From a virus, in the IMG/VR virus record IMGVR_UViG_3300028025_000004, positions 1-40,640 of that record: a DNA stretch of 40,640 bases, one strand, 5' to 3'. The notes under the pieces are model-generated. The model was not told the DNA's origin, made no database searches, and saw only the letters and a list, made by a program, of their open reading frames with translations. A program made the translations under genes and the position numbers. Of the stretch, positions 1-10,192 are shown in pieces (the stretch's first letter is position 1; each line of letters begins with the position of its first letter).

Positions 1-127
1 CCCCCAGATGCAATCTGGCCTGAACCGCATCAATCAGGGGATCGTTAATCAATATGTCAACACGATGCCAGGCATGGGTGATTATGCCAACTTTTTGGCA
101 GAGAGTAGCCGGCGTGAACTAGAGGCT
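1..127. repeat. Terminal direct repeat, identical to 40514-40640 (circular-assembly overlap or terminal redundancy)
   Basis: Both window ends were read base by base. cccccagatgcaatctgg...gtgaactagaggct occurs at both ends with a constant offset of 40513. Confidence 0.95.
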
Positions 128-985
128 GGGCGCGGCCTGACACCAGAAGAGCAACGTATCGCTGACCAAACTGCCCGCTCTGCTTTTGCTGCCCGCGGCA
201 CAGCCCTTGGTGGAGGTGCAGTTGGAGCGGAGATTCTTAACCGCTCTCAGGTGGCTAACCAACGCTATCAGCAACGTCTGGCTAACGCTCAATCTGCGGC
301 TGGCCAGATTCAATCCATCTACCAGCCCGCTTTAGCAGAAGCTACCGCTCGCCAGCAGGCAGGCTTGCAGTACGGACTTAGTGCGCAGGGACAAGCATTC
401 CAGCAGGCACTTGCTCGCGGCCAAGCGGAGCAGCAAAGACTATCTGCTGCCACCAACATTCAGGCAGGTCAGGCTCAGCTCGGTGCTGGCGCTATGGGTC
501 AACTTCAGGCTGCCCAAGCTCCCGTGTTGCAGGCTTTCTATAAACAGCCGATCCTTCAAGGCCAAGTTGGTGGAGCACAGCAGATGGGCTACAACATGGG
601 CCAAGCGGCGGGCCCGCAATTGTTTAATCCAGAATCGCAGACTGGCATGGGTAGCATCTATGGTGCGTACAACTCGCAAATGAACTTGGCTGGCGCTCAG
701 GCTCAGGCAAATGCCGCCAAATCGGCTGGGCAGTCACAAATGACAGGAGCGATTGTTGGCGCAGCAGGTGCCGCGGCGGCTGCTGCTATTTGCTGGGTTG
801 CGCGTGAGGTGTATGGTGAAAGCAATCCTGCATGGAAAATATTCCGTGAGTGGCTAATTGAAGACGCTCCAAAATGGTTCCATGATTTGTACTGCAAATA
901 TGGAGAAAGATTTGCCAAGTTCATTTCAAACAAACCAAAACTTAAGCAGCTCGTGAAAGCGTGGATGGACTCAAGAATTTCCTAG
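1..985 (+). CDS. 3' part of a Gln/Ala-rich internal virion-type protein. The gene starts at 40092 and crosses the circular junction, about 468 aa in total.
   Basis: The frame of ORF 8..985 is the same as the open frame 40092..40640 once the 127-bp overlap is collapsed. Composition is low-complexity Q/A-rich with a conserved-looking C-terminus (CWVAREVYGESNPAWKIFREWL). It lies next to other virion-protein genes. Confidence 0.6.
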   Translation, partial: PQMQSGLNRINQGIVNQYVNTMPGMGDYANFLAESSRRELEAGRGLTPEEQRIADQTARSAFAARGTALGGGAVGAEILNRSQVANQRYQQRLANAQSAAGQIQSIYQPALAEATARQQAGLQYGLSAQGQAFQQALARGQAEQQRLSAATNIQAGQAQLGAGAMGQLQAAQAPVLQAFYKQPILQGQVGGAQQMGYNMGQAAGPQLFNPESQTGMGSIYGAYNSQMNLAGAQAQANAAKSAGQSQMTGAIVGAAGAAAAAAICWVAREVYGESNPAWKIFREWLIEDAPKWFHDLYCKYGERFAKFISNKPKLKQLVKAWMDSRIS

Positions 986-988
986 TTT

Positions 989-1570
989 ATGGCAAAACCA
1001 ATCAATCCCTACCAGGGAGCGGCACCGTCAGCAATTTCTCAAATGGGCCAGGGCGTTCTTGAAGCTGGTGCTCGAATCGGCCAGACTCTTCAAGGTGGTT
1101 ACGAGGCTATGGGCAGGGGAATTGCCAGTGGCATCACTGCTGCTGGCGATGCGTATAAAGACTACAAGAACATGCAGTCCAGCGTGAAGTCATCAGAGAA
1201 GGCTTACGAAACATTCAAGAGCTTCCTTGACCCTGAGGTGCGCAACGAAATTGATAGCCAGATTGAGCAGGTTAATAGCGACCCCAACATGTCGCTTCGA
1301 GACAAGGCAGCCTTTTGGGACAAGGCTAAGGGCTATATTGGTGGCTCAGTGAACCAGAACTTTGCGCTTCAGAAGCAGCAACGTGAGCTGGATGCAGCAG
1401 CAGCCAGGCAACAGGCAACTCTTGAGGAAGAAGCAATGAGGCCATACAGGCAGCAGGCTGCATCGCTTTTAGCAAACCCAATGACCGGAACAGATTTTGG
1501 TGCTGGCCAGCGCTTGAGTGCGCCTCCGCAACGGCAGCGTGTTGACTTCTTTGGAAATCTTACAAACTAA
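989..1570 (+). CDS. Hypothetical virion-associated protein (193 aa)
   Basis: Long ORF packed 3 nt after the previous stop, within the structural block. No recognisable motif. Confidence 0.55.
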   Translation: MAKPINPYQGAAPSAISQMGQGVLEAGARIGQTLQGGYEAMGRGIASGITAAGDAYKDYKNMQSSVKSSEKAYETFKSFLDPEVRNEIDSQIEQVNSDPNMSLRDKAAFWDKAKGYIGGSVNQNFALQKQQRELDAAAARQQATLEEEAMRPYRQQAASLLANPMTGTDFGAGQRLSAPPQRQRVDFFGNLTN

Positions 1571-1573
1571 CTC

Positions 1574-2665
1574 ATGGAACTTCCAGACTCTTACGCAAAC
1601 TTGATGCAGTTTGTGCCCGAAAAAGCACGGCCTATGGTCGAGGCTGGAATGAAGCTCCAGGCTGAACGAAGGAACAATCTTGCCACGCAGTTAGCGCAGC
1701 AGCAGGCCGCCTTGCAACAACAGCGTGATGAGACACTGGCGGATGTGCAGGATCAGTTTGCTAAACTTCCTGACGAGATGAAGCAGTTTCCTGCTGTTCA
1801 ACACGAACTTAAAAGGCAGCAGATTCTTGCGAACATGGAATTTGACCGCAACTCGACTGCTCTAATGTCGTATGGCCAGCCAACTGAGGCGCTTAACAGC
1901 AAGCTCAAGATGGTTGATGAGCGGTACAAGCAGTACGAGCAAGACCTTCAGCCCGTTGAAAAGACGGAAATGTATGGAACTGCAAAGCAAAACTGGAGCA
2001 ACTTAACCAACCTTAACAAGCGAGTTAATGGAATGGTTGCTGAAATCAATAAAAGCAGGGAGCTTCTTGATAAGGGTGATAGAGATGCTGCTTTGCAAAA
2101 CCTAAAAACATTTGCAGTTAAGCAAATTAACTCTGTTCCATCAGATGATGCCGTTTCAAATATGGAAGTACTATTTAAGTACAGTCCTTTGATGGGCGCT
2201 CCAGAAACAGCAATGTTTGGCGGCAAAAAGATAACCAATCCTAGTGTTTGGTTTAATAAGTATCTTCAAGCAAAAACCCAGCAAGAAAAACAGGGAGTTC
2301 AGAAAGGTTTATTTGAAACAATCTCTCAAATAATTGATGCTGACCCAGAGGCTTTTCTTGAGACTGCTATCAACGGCTCAAACGGTCACATTGACTCTTA
2401 CAACAAGCAGCTTCGAGAGCAGGTTATCAACACTACCAGCCCTGGCGTTGCTCGAAGAATGGGTGCTGTTCCCATGGAGTACATTCCTGAAATGAAGAGA
2501 ATGGAACAGAGTCGGCCAGTAAACCCTCTTGCTACTCAAAATCCGTTTGGTCAATCTGTATCTGGTGGAGCCAGTGCCACAGTGCCGGTTGTTGGTCAGT
2601 CTCAGCAAGCAAGCCCGCTGAACGCTCCCCTTAAGGGCTCGACTATTTTCAGGATTAAGCAATAA
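1574..2665 (+). CDS. Hypothetical internal virion-type protein (363 aa), coiled-coil-like Q/E/K-rich N-terminal half
   Basis: Long ORF tightly packed between neighbours. Function is inferred from position only. Confidence 0.55.
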   Translation: MELPDSYANLMQFVPEKARPMVEAGMKLQAERRNNLATQLAQQQAALQQQRDETLADVQDQFAKLPDEMKQFPAVQHELKRQQILANMEFDRNSTALMSYGQPTEALNSKLKMVDERYKQYEQDLQPVEKTEMYGTAKQNWSNLTNLNKRVNGMVAEINKSRELLDKGDRDAALQNLKTFAVKQINSVPSDDAVSNMEVLFKYSPLMGAPETAMFGGKKITNPSVWFNKYLQAKTQQEKQGVQKGLFETISQIIDADPEAFLETAINGSNGHIDSYNKQLREQVINTTSPGVARRMGAVPMEYIPEMKRMEQSRPVNPLATQNPFGQSVSGGASATVPVVGQSQQASPLNAPLKGSTIFRIKQ

Positions 2666-2666
2666 C

Positions 2667-5600
2667 ATGAATCCAGAAGACCAGATTACTCAGCCCTCTG
2701 TTGGGCAGATGGACGACCAGCCTCCTCAGTACATTCGAGCAGGCACAACCGTTCAGTTGCCTTACCATATCAATCCTGAGACTGGTGCTGGATACGAATT
2801 GCAAGTTGAGGCAGACACGCCTGTACCTGTTTTCCAAGCTGAAGTAGATCGCTTATTTCCAAAGACGCTGGCCTCACTTGCTACGCAGTTATTGGACAAA
2901 AGTCCAACTGCACCGATGTTGTCCAAGGAAGACTTCATGCAGGTCTGGAACAGCGCCCAAGCCATGGATGCCGGCAAAACTCAGGCACAGAATCAGATTA
3001 AGGGTGGGCCAGGCTTTTGGCAGCAGGGTGGAGACATTCTTAAGGAAGCAATTCGCTCCATGGCTGAAGGCGCAGGAGAAGCGTTTCTAGCAGGAGGGGA
3101 GGGTCTTCGATCACTTGCAGACATGGACCCAAACGCTGCTTCTAAGGCAGCAGTCAAGCTCATCAATGGAGTAATGACTGGAACAGGAAGGTTGTCTGAC
3201 TCCGCAAAAGTAGTTGGCGCGTTGGCTTGGGACAAAATTGCGGGAGATCCATACGGTCTTTATAAGGCTGGTAAGGACGCTCAATATTCTGAATATCTTC
3301 GCAAAACTCAGGGATTTTCAATGGTGCCTGGGTCTTCTCAAGAAGAAATTGAGTCTGGCTTAAAGCTTGGAAATATCATGGATATTACCCTGCTGTTGCC
3401 AGCGGTTTCCGCTTTGACTAAAGGCATGGCTAAGGGGGGCGAAGCGGTGGCAACGCAGACCATGGAAGAGCTTACCAAGGCCATGGCAGAGCGTTCCGTT
3501 GAGAGCTTGGGCCGCCGAGTTGCTGGTCAAGTTCTTGAGAATGTTGGTGCCATTACAGAGAAGGTTGGCTCCATGTCTGCTGTTGGCGATTCGCTCACCC
3601 GCGGCTTTTTAAAAACAGAAGGAGCAAGACAAGCGGCAGCGGCCGGAACTGGAATTGGAGCTATTGCAGCAGGAACTGTTTTGCCTGATGAGGGTGCATT
3701 TGGATACGCTGGAACAGCTCTTAAGACTTACGGAACACTTCGCCTTGCTCAGGTTGCTGGAGCAGGCACAAAGTGGGCTGGCAAGATTCTTGGTTCCGAG
3801 GAAACGGCATCAAAGATTGTTCAAGAAGCCCTTCGTAACGCTGAAGTGCAGGGGGCTGAGCGGATGGCAGTTAAGCTAATCAAGAACATTCCTGACCCTG
3901 TAGTCCGCATGACTCGCAAGGTTATGGATGGCGCAATGATTCCTGCTGCCATCGGTGCTACACTCAGCGGCGCACAGGAAGCCTCTGATCCATTCAGCAC
4001 TCCTCTCAGTATAGCAGAGGCTACTGTGCAAGGTGGCGCTGCTGGCGCTGCCGCTGGTGGCCTTATCAGCGGTGGCATTGGCATCATTCCTGAGTTTACT
4101 GGAAAAGCCACGGAACAGGCTTTTGTGCGCGAGATCCTCACTGATCTAACGACTCGCCCGCAGGAGCGCTCTTTTGTTATCGGCAATCAAGACGTCCGCA
4201 TTCCTGACGACATCCAGAACAGGTTGATCGTGCTCAACTCTGACACGATGACGACGCGCCAGAAGGCGTCTTTGTTTGGCATCCTCGACAGTGCTGAGCA
4301 TGCTGGCGTTGAGGTGGCGTTTATTAACGATACCACGCCTCTTCCTGAGGCCTTGGGTGGCTCTGGGGCCAACATGGGCAAGGGTGTTAAGTTTGTAAGC
4401 GATGGTGGCAAAACGACCATCTTTGTAAACGCTGATCAAATTAACCACACTGGCGCGATTCACGAGGTGATGCACGCCTACACCAGTGACCAGGTTGCCA
4501 CTGACTTTGTGCGTAATCTGTCAAAGGAGCACGGCGGCGAGTTGGGTGCGTTTCAGGAACTGGGTGCAATGGCCCAGAAGTATTACGAAACTCAAGTACA
4601 GACCAATCCTGCCGCGGCTGAGCAGATCAAGGCGAACATCGACCGGATGAATGATCCGCAGGTGCCGCTTCAGGATCGTCTTGTGGCTGCTACGAACCTA
4701 GCGCATGAGTACATCGCTGAAGGCATGGCGCAGAGTTTGTCTGATGCCAAGCCAGAGTCCCTGCAAGACTTCCGCGGATCTGCCATCTCAGCGGTTGCAG
4801 ACAAGGCTTTCCGCGGCGCACTAGAGAAGGTGTACACGGCAACAGGGATGAGTTCCGTTGGGGCAACTCACGATCCTATCTCAGGCCACTTCTTTAAGGA
4901 TGGCAAGATCATCAGCAGCCAGCCATTGGCTGATATGACCAAGAAGGTTCGCACTGCCATCAACACGCAGACTCAAGTGCCTGTCAGCCCTGAGGCTGCT
5001 GCCCGTCCTTTTGTGGAGCGTGTCCCTAAGGACGTGCCTATTGTTGGCGAGACCATGCAGAATGGTGGTCGCGTTGTGGCTGTGGAGCCGCGGGCAACCT
5101 ACGAGGATACCCATCCCAATGGTGCGCTAACCACTGAGGCAGAGAAGGCTGTATACCACAAGGCTATCTACAATCAAGTGGCGCAGGCCATGGGATCACA
5201 AGGGGCAGATCCAGTGATGATTCAACAGGGTGTCTATCCTGGCAATATCAAGGAAGGCACTCCAATCATCTACACGGACAAGCTGACACCTCAGTATGTC
5301 TCTGCTCTGTTTCAGGCCCAAACACAGCATGGCACTCCGCTGATTGCGCCAGAGAACCGTGAGGCTGTTGCTCGCTTTGCTCAGGCACTTAACGATGGTC
5401 ACCTTGTGACGGTGACTCACAGTGTGAATGTGGGCAAGTCTACTGGCAAGGATCGTGCCTACACTGCCAGGATTGCTCAGGTTGGGTTGCCAATGGCGTT
5501 TAGCATGACTAGTGGCAAGAAGGGTTCTGGCCCTAAGATGGAGTTCTTTAACCTGTCGCTTGCCAACGACATGATCAATCTGAACCGGACCTACTCTCCG

Positions 5601-7361
5601 GCGATTGATTCGGCCCTTAGGGATTTGCGCGTCAACTCACTGGATGACGTGATTCCGTATGCCAAGGCGTACATCGACAACCTAAGTTCCACAGGCTCGG
5701 TGCCATCAGTAAGGGCACTGGCTGCCGTGGCACCAGAGGGAATTAGCACAAAGAATTTGGAGTTCATGCGCGACATGCTGCACATGTCCAGTTCGATTCA
5801 GCCTAGGGCCAAACGTGGTGAGGTTCGCATTAACGAGCCCTACATGGACCCGATGAAGTTTAGGAATGTTCCAAAGCCGGAACTCGAAGCTGTTACACCT
5901 AAAGGAGAGAAGTTTAGGACGACCCTAAGCCGCGAACAAGTTGGCATTCAGAGCATCCGTTTGGACGGAATCAGTGACGTGCAGCTTTACCAGCCCAATG
6001 GTCAGCCTGTGCAGGTTACGGTCAATAAGCCACAGTTAGTAAACAAGATCCGAGCAAACTTTAGCCCCGCCACATCAAAGCGTGAGGCGCTGCCCGGCGG
6101 CGAGGCCGTTACCGACACAGTGACTGGTGAGCGGATGTTCATCTCGCCCAAGGGCAAGGTGAAGCTGTTTAGTGCTGACGGCAAGCTGGCCGGTGTCTTC
6201 CAAGATGAAGAGGCTGCTGTGCTTAAGAGCAATCAGGACAAGCTCAAGCAAAGCGTCCGCTTCTCTCCCGCTATAACCGCTGCTGAGCGCCGCGCTGCTG
6301 AACTCGCTACCGAGGAGCGCAAGTACGGTGTAAGCTCACGCACTGTTCCTGTCTCGATGATCCTTAACGAAGGCGAGGAAATCAGCAGGGCCATGAACGA
6401 GATCATTCGCGAAGGTACGCCTACCTTCACTGGCAAGGTGCAAGACCCTGAGCTTGCTGGCAGGATTACTACATCTGAAGCCGTGCTTCAGCAGGCAGCA
6501 CAAGAAGATGTGCTTGGCAGGAAGGTTAGTGCAGTTGCTCGCAAGCGCAAAGAGATACAGCGCAGACAGGCTGAGATTGAAGCTGCTGTGGCTAAACGTG
6601 AAGCAGAAGGCACTATCGGCCCTGTGCCGGTTGGCCTGCGTCCGCTGCCAGAGATTCGCACACTGAAGTCATTTGAAGACCTCCGCGGCGGCAGTCCAAC
6701 AAAGTTGCAGCCTGAACTAAAAGTGACTCCTAATCAGTTGCGCCAAGTATTCCGCAACCTTGATGTCGAAGAGTTTCCAACTCCACAGGAAGCGCCTCCT
6801 GCTGTTACGGACCTCATCTCCCAGAAGACGCCTCGTTCTGAGATCACTCACCGCACTGTGCTTGGCAAGATTCAGAACGAAGCAGCCAAGGCCGCCAGGG
6901 TTGGTGACATGAAGATCGACCAGATGCTCAAAGCCATGGGAGAAAAACGTGAGGCTATGTTTGATGCTGAGCTTGCCCGTGTCAGGAACAAGTTCGACAC
7001 TATGGAGTTGCAAGGCAAGGCAGAGGAAGCCCGCCAGGCTGGCATTGACCCTGAGATCGTGCGTCTTCGCAACGAGCACTTTGCAAACGTGCAGCAGCAG
7101 GTTGCCCAAGCTGCTGAACCAGCCCCGCTCAACAGCGGAACTACTGAGCCACCAACACAGACGCTACTGCCAAACATGGCTACCGCTGCTGATGATCCCA
7201 GAATCCCGCGGGATGTTGTTATTCAAGCCGTTCGTGGCAAGTTCAAGATCTGGTCAATCGGCCGGCAGTCCGTGCAGGCTGTTACCGACACCTATCAAGA
7301 AGCGCTCAAGAAGGCGCAAGCAATTCAACTCAAACGCAGAAAGAAACAAAATGCCACTTAA
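2667..7361 (+). CDS. Giant internal virion / DNA-ejection-type protein (1564 aa) containing an HEXXH motif
   Basis: Single 4.7-kb ORF, with size and position typical of podovirus ejection proteins. HEVMH is encoded at 4461-4475. Confidence 0.65.
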   Translation: MNPEDQITQPSVGQMDDQPPQYIRAGTTVQLPYHINPETGAGYELQVEADTPVPVFQAEVDRLFPKTLASLATQLLDKSPTAPMLSKEDFMQVWNSAQAMDAGKTQAQNQIKGGPGFWQQGGDILKEAIRSMAEGAGEAFLAGGEGLRSLADMDPNAASKAAVKLINGVMTGTGRLSDSAKVVGALAWDKIAGDPYGLYKAGKDAQYSEYLRKTQGFSMVPGSSQEEIESGLKLGNIMDITLLLPAVSALTKGMAKGGEAVATQTMEELTKAMAERSVESLGRRVAGQVLENVGAITEKVGSMSAVGDSLTRGFLKTEGARQAAAAGTGIGAIAAGTVLPDEGAFGYAGTALKTYGTLRLAQVAGAGTKWAGKILGSEETASKIVQEALRNAEVQGAERMAVKLIKNIPDPVVRMTRKVMDGAMIPAAIGATLSGAQEASDPFSTPLSIAEATVQGGAAGAAAGGLISGGIGIIPEFTGKATEQAFVREILTDLTTRPQERSFVIGNQDVRIPDDIQNRLIVLNSDTMTTRQKASLFGILDSAEHAGVEVAFINDTTPLPEALGGSGANMGKGVKFVSDGGKTTIFVNADQINHTGAIHEVMHAYTSDQVATDFVRNLSKEHGGELGAFQELGAMAQKYYETQVQTNPAAAEQIKANIDRMNDPQVPLQDRLVAATNLAHEYIAEGMAQSLSDAKPESLQDFRGSAISAVADKAFRGALEKVYTATGMSSVGATHDPISGHFFKDGKIISSQPLADMTKKVRTAINTQTQVPVSPEAAARPFVERVPKDVPIVGETMQNGGRVVAVEPRATYEDTHPNGALTTEAEKAVYHKAIYNQVAQAMGSQGADPVMIQQGVYPGNIKEGTPIIYTDKLTPQYVSALFQAQTQHGTPLIAPENREAVARFAQALNDGHLVTVTHSVNVGKSTGKDRAYTARIAQVGLPMAFSMTSGKKGSGPKMEFFNLSLANDMINLNRTYSPAIDSALRDLRVNSLDDVIPYAKAYIDNLSSTGSVPSVRALAAVAPEGISTKNLEFMRDMLHMSSSIQPRAKRGEVRINEPYMDPMKFRNVPKPELEAVTPKGEKFRTTLSREQVGIQSIRLDGISDVQLYQPNGQPVQVTVNKPQLVNKIRANFSPATSKREALPGGEAVTDTVTGERMFISPKGKVKLFSADGKLAGVFQDEEAAVLKSNQDKLKQSVRFSPAITAAERRAAELATEERKYGVSSRTVPVSMILNEGEEISRAMNEIIREGTPTFTGKVQDPELAGRITTSEAVLQQAAQEDVLGRKVSAVARKRKEIQRRQAEIEAAVAKREAEGTIGPVPVGLRPLPEIRTLKSFEDLRGGSPTKLQPELKVTPNQLRQVFRNLDVEEFPTPQEAPPAVTDLISQKTPRSEITHRTVLGKIQNEAAKAARVGDMKIDQMLKAMGEKREAMFDAELARVRNKFDTMELQGKAEEARQAGIDPEIVRLRNEHFANVQQQVAQAAEPAPLNSGTTEPPTQTLLPNMATAADDPRIPRDVVIQAVRGKFKIWSIGRQSVQAVTDTYQEALKKAQAIQLKRRKKQNAT

Positions 7362-7503
7362 GCACTCACCCACCGAACAGGCGTTCGTTCAGAATATCAA
7401 GGCCGAGATCAAGTCCGGCAAGCCACCCAAGCAGGCCGCGGCAATTGCGTACTCGGTACAGAAGGAAGCCGCACGGAAACAGTCCTCCGCAAAAAAGCGG
7501 TAA
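7351..7503 (+). CDS. Small basic protein (50 aa)
   Basis: An ATG at 7351 overlaps the end of the 1564-aa gene. The translation is MPLKHSPTEQAFVQNIKAEIKSGKPPKQAAAIAYSVQKEAARK. The KQAxAIAYS-type motif resembles a small conserved family I recall, but I cannot verify it. Confidence 0.4.
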   Translation: MPLKHSPTEQAFVQNIKAEIKSGKPPKQAAAIAYSVQKEAARKQSSAKKR

Positions 7504-7597
7504 AGTTTTCTTGAATCGCTGCCGATTTGAGAGTTGTCTGCCAACCAGTGGTGAGCGGGCACGGTTGCTCGCTGCCACATAACCAAAAATCAAACAC

Positions 7598-8275
7598 ATG
7601 AAAGTCGCAAAAATCGCTGACCTCGCAAATCTTGCTGATGGCAGTATCATAGGGGAAATGTCAGCCCAAGTTAAGGCTGCATTCCCGCCCAAGACTGGGG
7701 AAGGCAAGTACGGCCCATGGCGTGTACAGGCTGTCATCCTCAAGGACTCCACCGGTGAGACGCGTGCGTCTTTCTGGACCAAGGACGAGATGAAGGATCT
7801 CGTTGGCCAGACCATCACGATCAAGTCACAGGGTGGTTCCAAGGGCCTTCAGGGCCTTAGCGTGAAGTTTAACTCACACTCGAATACGAACGAGCTGAAC
7901 GTCACCGACAAGGCTGCCATCATTGACGCTGCTGCCGGTGCCTTCCGTCAGGCTGAGACTGCTGCCAAAGTGAACACAGCCATCTCCAGCGGCCAGGGTG
8001 GTGGCACTGTGGCAGACGCCAAGCGTCTCATCTTCCAGCGTGCACAGCTCTATGTGGAGTGCGTCAAGGCAGCGTCTTGGATTGCCAAGACCGTTGAGAC
8101 TAGCGACATAGACTTTCAGGCCATCGTTTCCACTTTGTTCATCAGCTCTGACAAGGCCAACCTGTGGAATGTCTTTCCTGCTACTGCGGCCAAGGCTGAG
8201 CCCGCTCCAGTGGAAGTGCCTGATGAGATTCCGTTTGAGAAGGCGGATGACTTCGCACAGGAAGCCGGATGGTAA
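7598..8275 (+). CDS. Putative single-stranded DNA-binding (OB-fold-like) protein
   Basis: 225-aa ORF at the start of the replication block. The acidic C-terminal tail DEIPFEKADDF resembles the SSB DDDIPF tip. Confidence 0.45.
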   Translation: MKVAKIADLANLADGSIIGEMSAQVKAAFPPKTGEGKYGPWRVQAVILKDSTGETRASFWTKDEMKDLVGQTITIKSQGGSKGLQGLSVKFNSHSNTNELNVTDKAAIIDAAAGAFRQAETAAKVNTAISSGQGGGTVADAKRLIFQRAQLYVECVKAASWIAKTVETSDIDFQAIVSTLFISSDKANLWNVFPATAAKAEPAPVEVPDEIPFEKADDFAQEAGW

Positions 8276-8601
8276 ACTCCCGCGCCAAGGGTGCCCGCGG
8301 TGAGCGTCTCTGGCGTGATGAGCTCCGCGAGGCTGGCTTCACTGCACGCAGGGGCCAGCAGTTCGCCGGGGGTACAGACTCGCCTGACGTAATCTGCGAG
8401 GAGTTACGAAACCTGCACATGGAAGTCAAATGTGTGGAGGCTTTGAATCTTGACAAGGCTTGCGAGCAGGCTGAACGCGATGCGGGCCTAAAAGCCTGGA
8501 TCGTGGCTCACAAGAAAAACCGCAAGCACTGGAAGGTGACTATGGACGCTGGCTTCTTCTTTCAACTCCTTCGGGATGGCATGGACTGCCTTCCTAAATA
8601 G
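8269..8601 (+). CDS. PD-(D/E)XK nuclease, Holliday-junction-resolvase-like
   Basis: KGARGERLWRDELREAGF ... SPDVI ... HMEVKCVE fits the small resolvase-type G-x-x-E / D / E-x-K arrangement. Confidence 0.55.
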   Translation: MVNSRAKGARGERLWRDELREAGFTARRGQQFAGGTDSPDVICEELRNLHMEVKCVEALNLDKACEQAERDAGLKAWIVAHKKNRKHWKVTMDAGFFFQLLRDGMDCLPK

Positions 8602-8748
8602 AACTCGGCCAGAGTGTGCGAGTCCTGCCGCGCATTAAATGATAGCAGGACTGGGAACGCCGCAAGCCACCGCCAGCGCGTGACAGTCAGGAGAGACTGA
8701 CCAGGGGCTGCGCATCTGTTAACACGCAGACCAACAACATAAACTATT

Positions 8749-9054
8749 ATGCCAAAATCAAACGCAGAAATGACAGCAAAACGCCAAGTGTCACCAGCAA
8801 CCTGGAAGGCACTGGTGGCCAGTGTGCCCAGAGCGTACCGGTGCGAAGTGGCGCACATCGTGTGGTGGGACTGGTTTGGTGGACGAATAGCAACTGATCG
8901 GTGGACGCATCTGGACCATTATCTCAAGCGTCCAGTCTGGAATAAGCCAACTGACGAGCAACTGATCCATGGCCTAATGCTGTGTGGCTACAGTCAGAGG
9001 CACGCTGTTTCACGAATCGGCAACAAAGGCAACAAGGGGCAGTCCAAATCCTAG
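8749..9054 (+). CDS. Hypothetical protein (101 aa)
   Basis: ORF only, co-oriented with neighbours. Confidence 0.45.
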   Translation: MPKSNAEMTAKRQVSPATWKALVASVPRAYRCEVAHIVWWDWFGGRIATDRWTHLDHYLKRPVWNKPTDEQLIHGLMLCGYSQRHAVSRIGNKGNKGQSKS

Positions 9055-9056
9055 CC

Positions 9057-9536
9057 ATGAACATCACGATTAAAATTACTCACGCTAACGGCACGGTGAT
9101 GGACATCTCTATCCCTATTGCTATTGAGCAGCCTGAGCCTGTTGAGGTGCCGCAGCCGGCTATTGCGACAGAGGAAGAGCCACAGTGGCGCGTTGAACCT
9201 GATGACACTCTGCCTGACGTTAAGCAGCCTGAACCAGTGGAAGAGCAACCGCAGGATACAACTGGCCAGTTCCGCTGCACGGATGGTTTCTACGCCATTC
9301 CTGCAAATTTGTACTCTGACTTCTGCTCTGCATTCAGTAAAACAATGGTAGACCGTGAGCTTGAGTTGGCTCGACTCTGGATTGAGACGAACCCACCAAA
9401 GCGGAAGACTCGCCGCGGCATGGGACGTTTCCTTAACGCCTGGATGTGCAGGGCGCAGGGCGAGAAGCGGCAGCCTCTAAAGGGCCGTTCTGGCTCGCTG
9501 CTGGAGGCTAATAACACATCTAGCCAAGGCTGGTAA
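9057..9536 (+). CDS. Hypothetical replication-associated protein (159 aa)
   Basis: The ATG at 9057 follows the previous stop by 2 nt. The C-terminal LARLWIETNPPKRKTRRGMGRFLNAWMCRA resembles a motif seen in phage primosome/replication helper proteins, from recall only. It sits directly upstream of the helicase. Confidence 0.4.
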   Translation: MNITIKITHANGTVMDISIPIAIEQPEPVEVPQPAIATEEEPQWRVEPDDTLPDVKQPEPVEEQPQDTTGQFRCTDGFYAIPANLYSDFCSAFSKTMVDRELELARLWIETNPPKRKTRRGMGRFLNAWMCRAQGEKRQPLKGRSGSLLEANNTSSQGW

Positions 9537-10192
9537 TGGAGCCGCCTATCGAGAGCGAGCGCGGTATTGCGAGCATTACGCTCAACAACCCTGAGCTTGT
9601 GCTTAACGCAGTCTCAGATGCCGGCTTCAACCCAGCGTTCATTTCAGACTTAGTGAGCCGCTACGTTGTGGAGATTGTGCTCGATCAAGTCTCCCGCCGA
9701 GCTGTGTGTGACGCCCGCATTGTGTTTGAACATGTCCGCGGCAAGCTGCCTGAGTTTCAGTTCCATCAGCTTACGGACCTGTACACCCTAATGCCGATTG
9801 CGTCAGCTTTGCGCGAGTTGATGGATATCGTCAAGCAGGCCGCTAAACGGAGGGCGCTGGCAGTCATCCTATCTGAGGGGCAGAAGCACTTGGAGGCTCC
9901 TGAAATTAGCACAGCTCAGTTGGTCAACACGCTGCACCTTGGCATCGAGAAGGTTCGCGGTGAACTCAACCCGCCAGCAGTGCTGGACACCAAAGCCCTC
10001 ATCATGGATGCGATCACTCGCTACCAAGAAGGGGACGACCTCACGCAGCGCATCCGCACAGGGTACGACAAGCTCGATAACCTAACGCCTATCAGATACG
10101 GTGACTTCTTGGTCATCGGCGGCCCAGAAAAATCCGGCAAGACAATGCTCGCCATCAACATCATAGCCAACATCCTAAATGAACCTAGTTAA
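9536..10192 (+). CDS. dnaB: DnaB-family replicative helicase, N-terminal fragment (N-domain, linker, Walker A); ends in a stop just after the P-loop helix
   Basis: PPIESERGIASITLNNPE matches the DnaB N-terminal signature. IRTGYDKLDNLTPIRYGDFLVIGGPEKSGKTMLAINIIANIL matches TGxxxLD...GxxxGKT. The stop comes 4 codons later. Confidence 0.8.
   Translation: MEPPIESERGIASITLNNPELVLNAVSDAGFNPAFISDLVSRYVVEIVLDQVSRRAVCDARIVFEHVRGKLPEFQFHQLTDLYTLMPIASALRELMDIVKQAAKRRALAVILSEGQKHLEAPEISTAQLVNTLHLGIEKVRGELNPPAVLDTKALIMDAITRYQEGDDLTQRIRTGYDKLDNLTPIRYGDFLVIGGPEKSGKTMLAINIIANILNEPS

Noticed and set aside
6949-7503. 184-aa plus-strand ORF overlapping the 3' end of the 1564-aa gene.
   Set aside because: Only the last 50 codons (from ATG 7351) lie outside or at the edge of the giant gene and look protein-like. 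The upstream 134 codons are an off-frame read of the giant gene.
8621-8652. Perfect 8-bp inverted repeat agtcctgc/gcaggact in the 147-nt gap after the resolvase-like gene, and an 8-bp hairpin at 7554-7573, considered as terminators.
   Set aside because: Neither is followed by a T-run (the loop is 16 nt in the first). They may be regulatory or processing hairpins, but I cannot support a terminator call.
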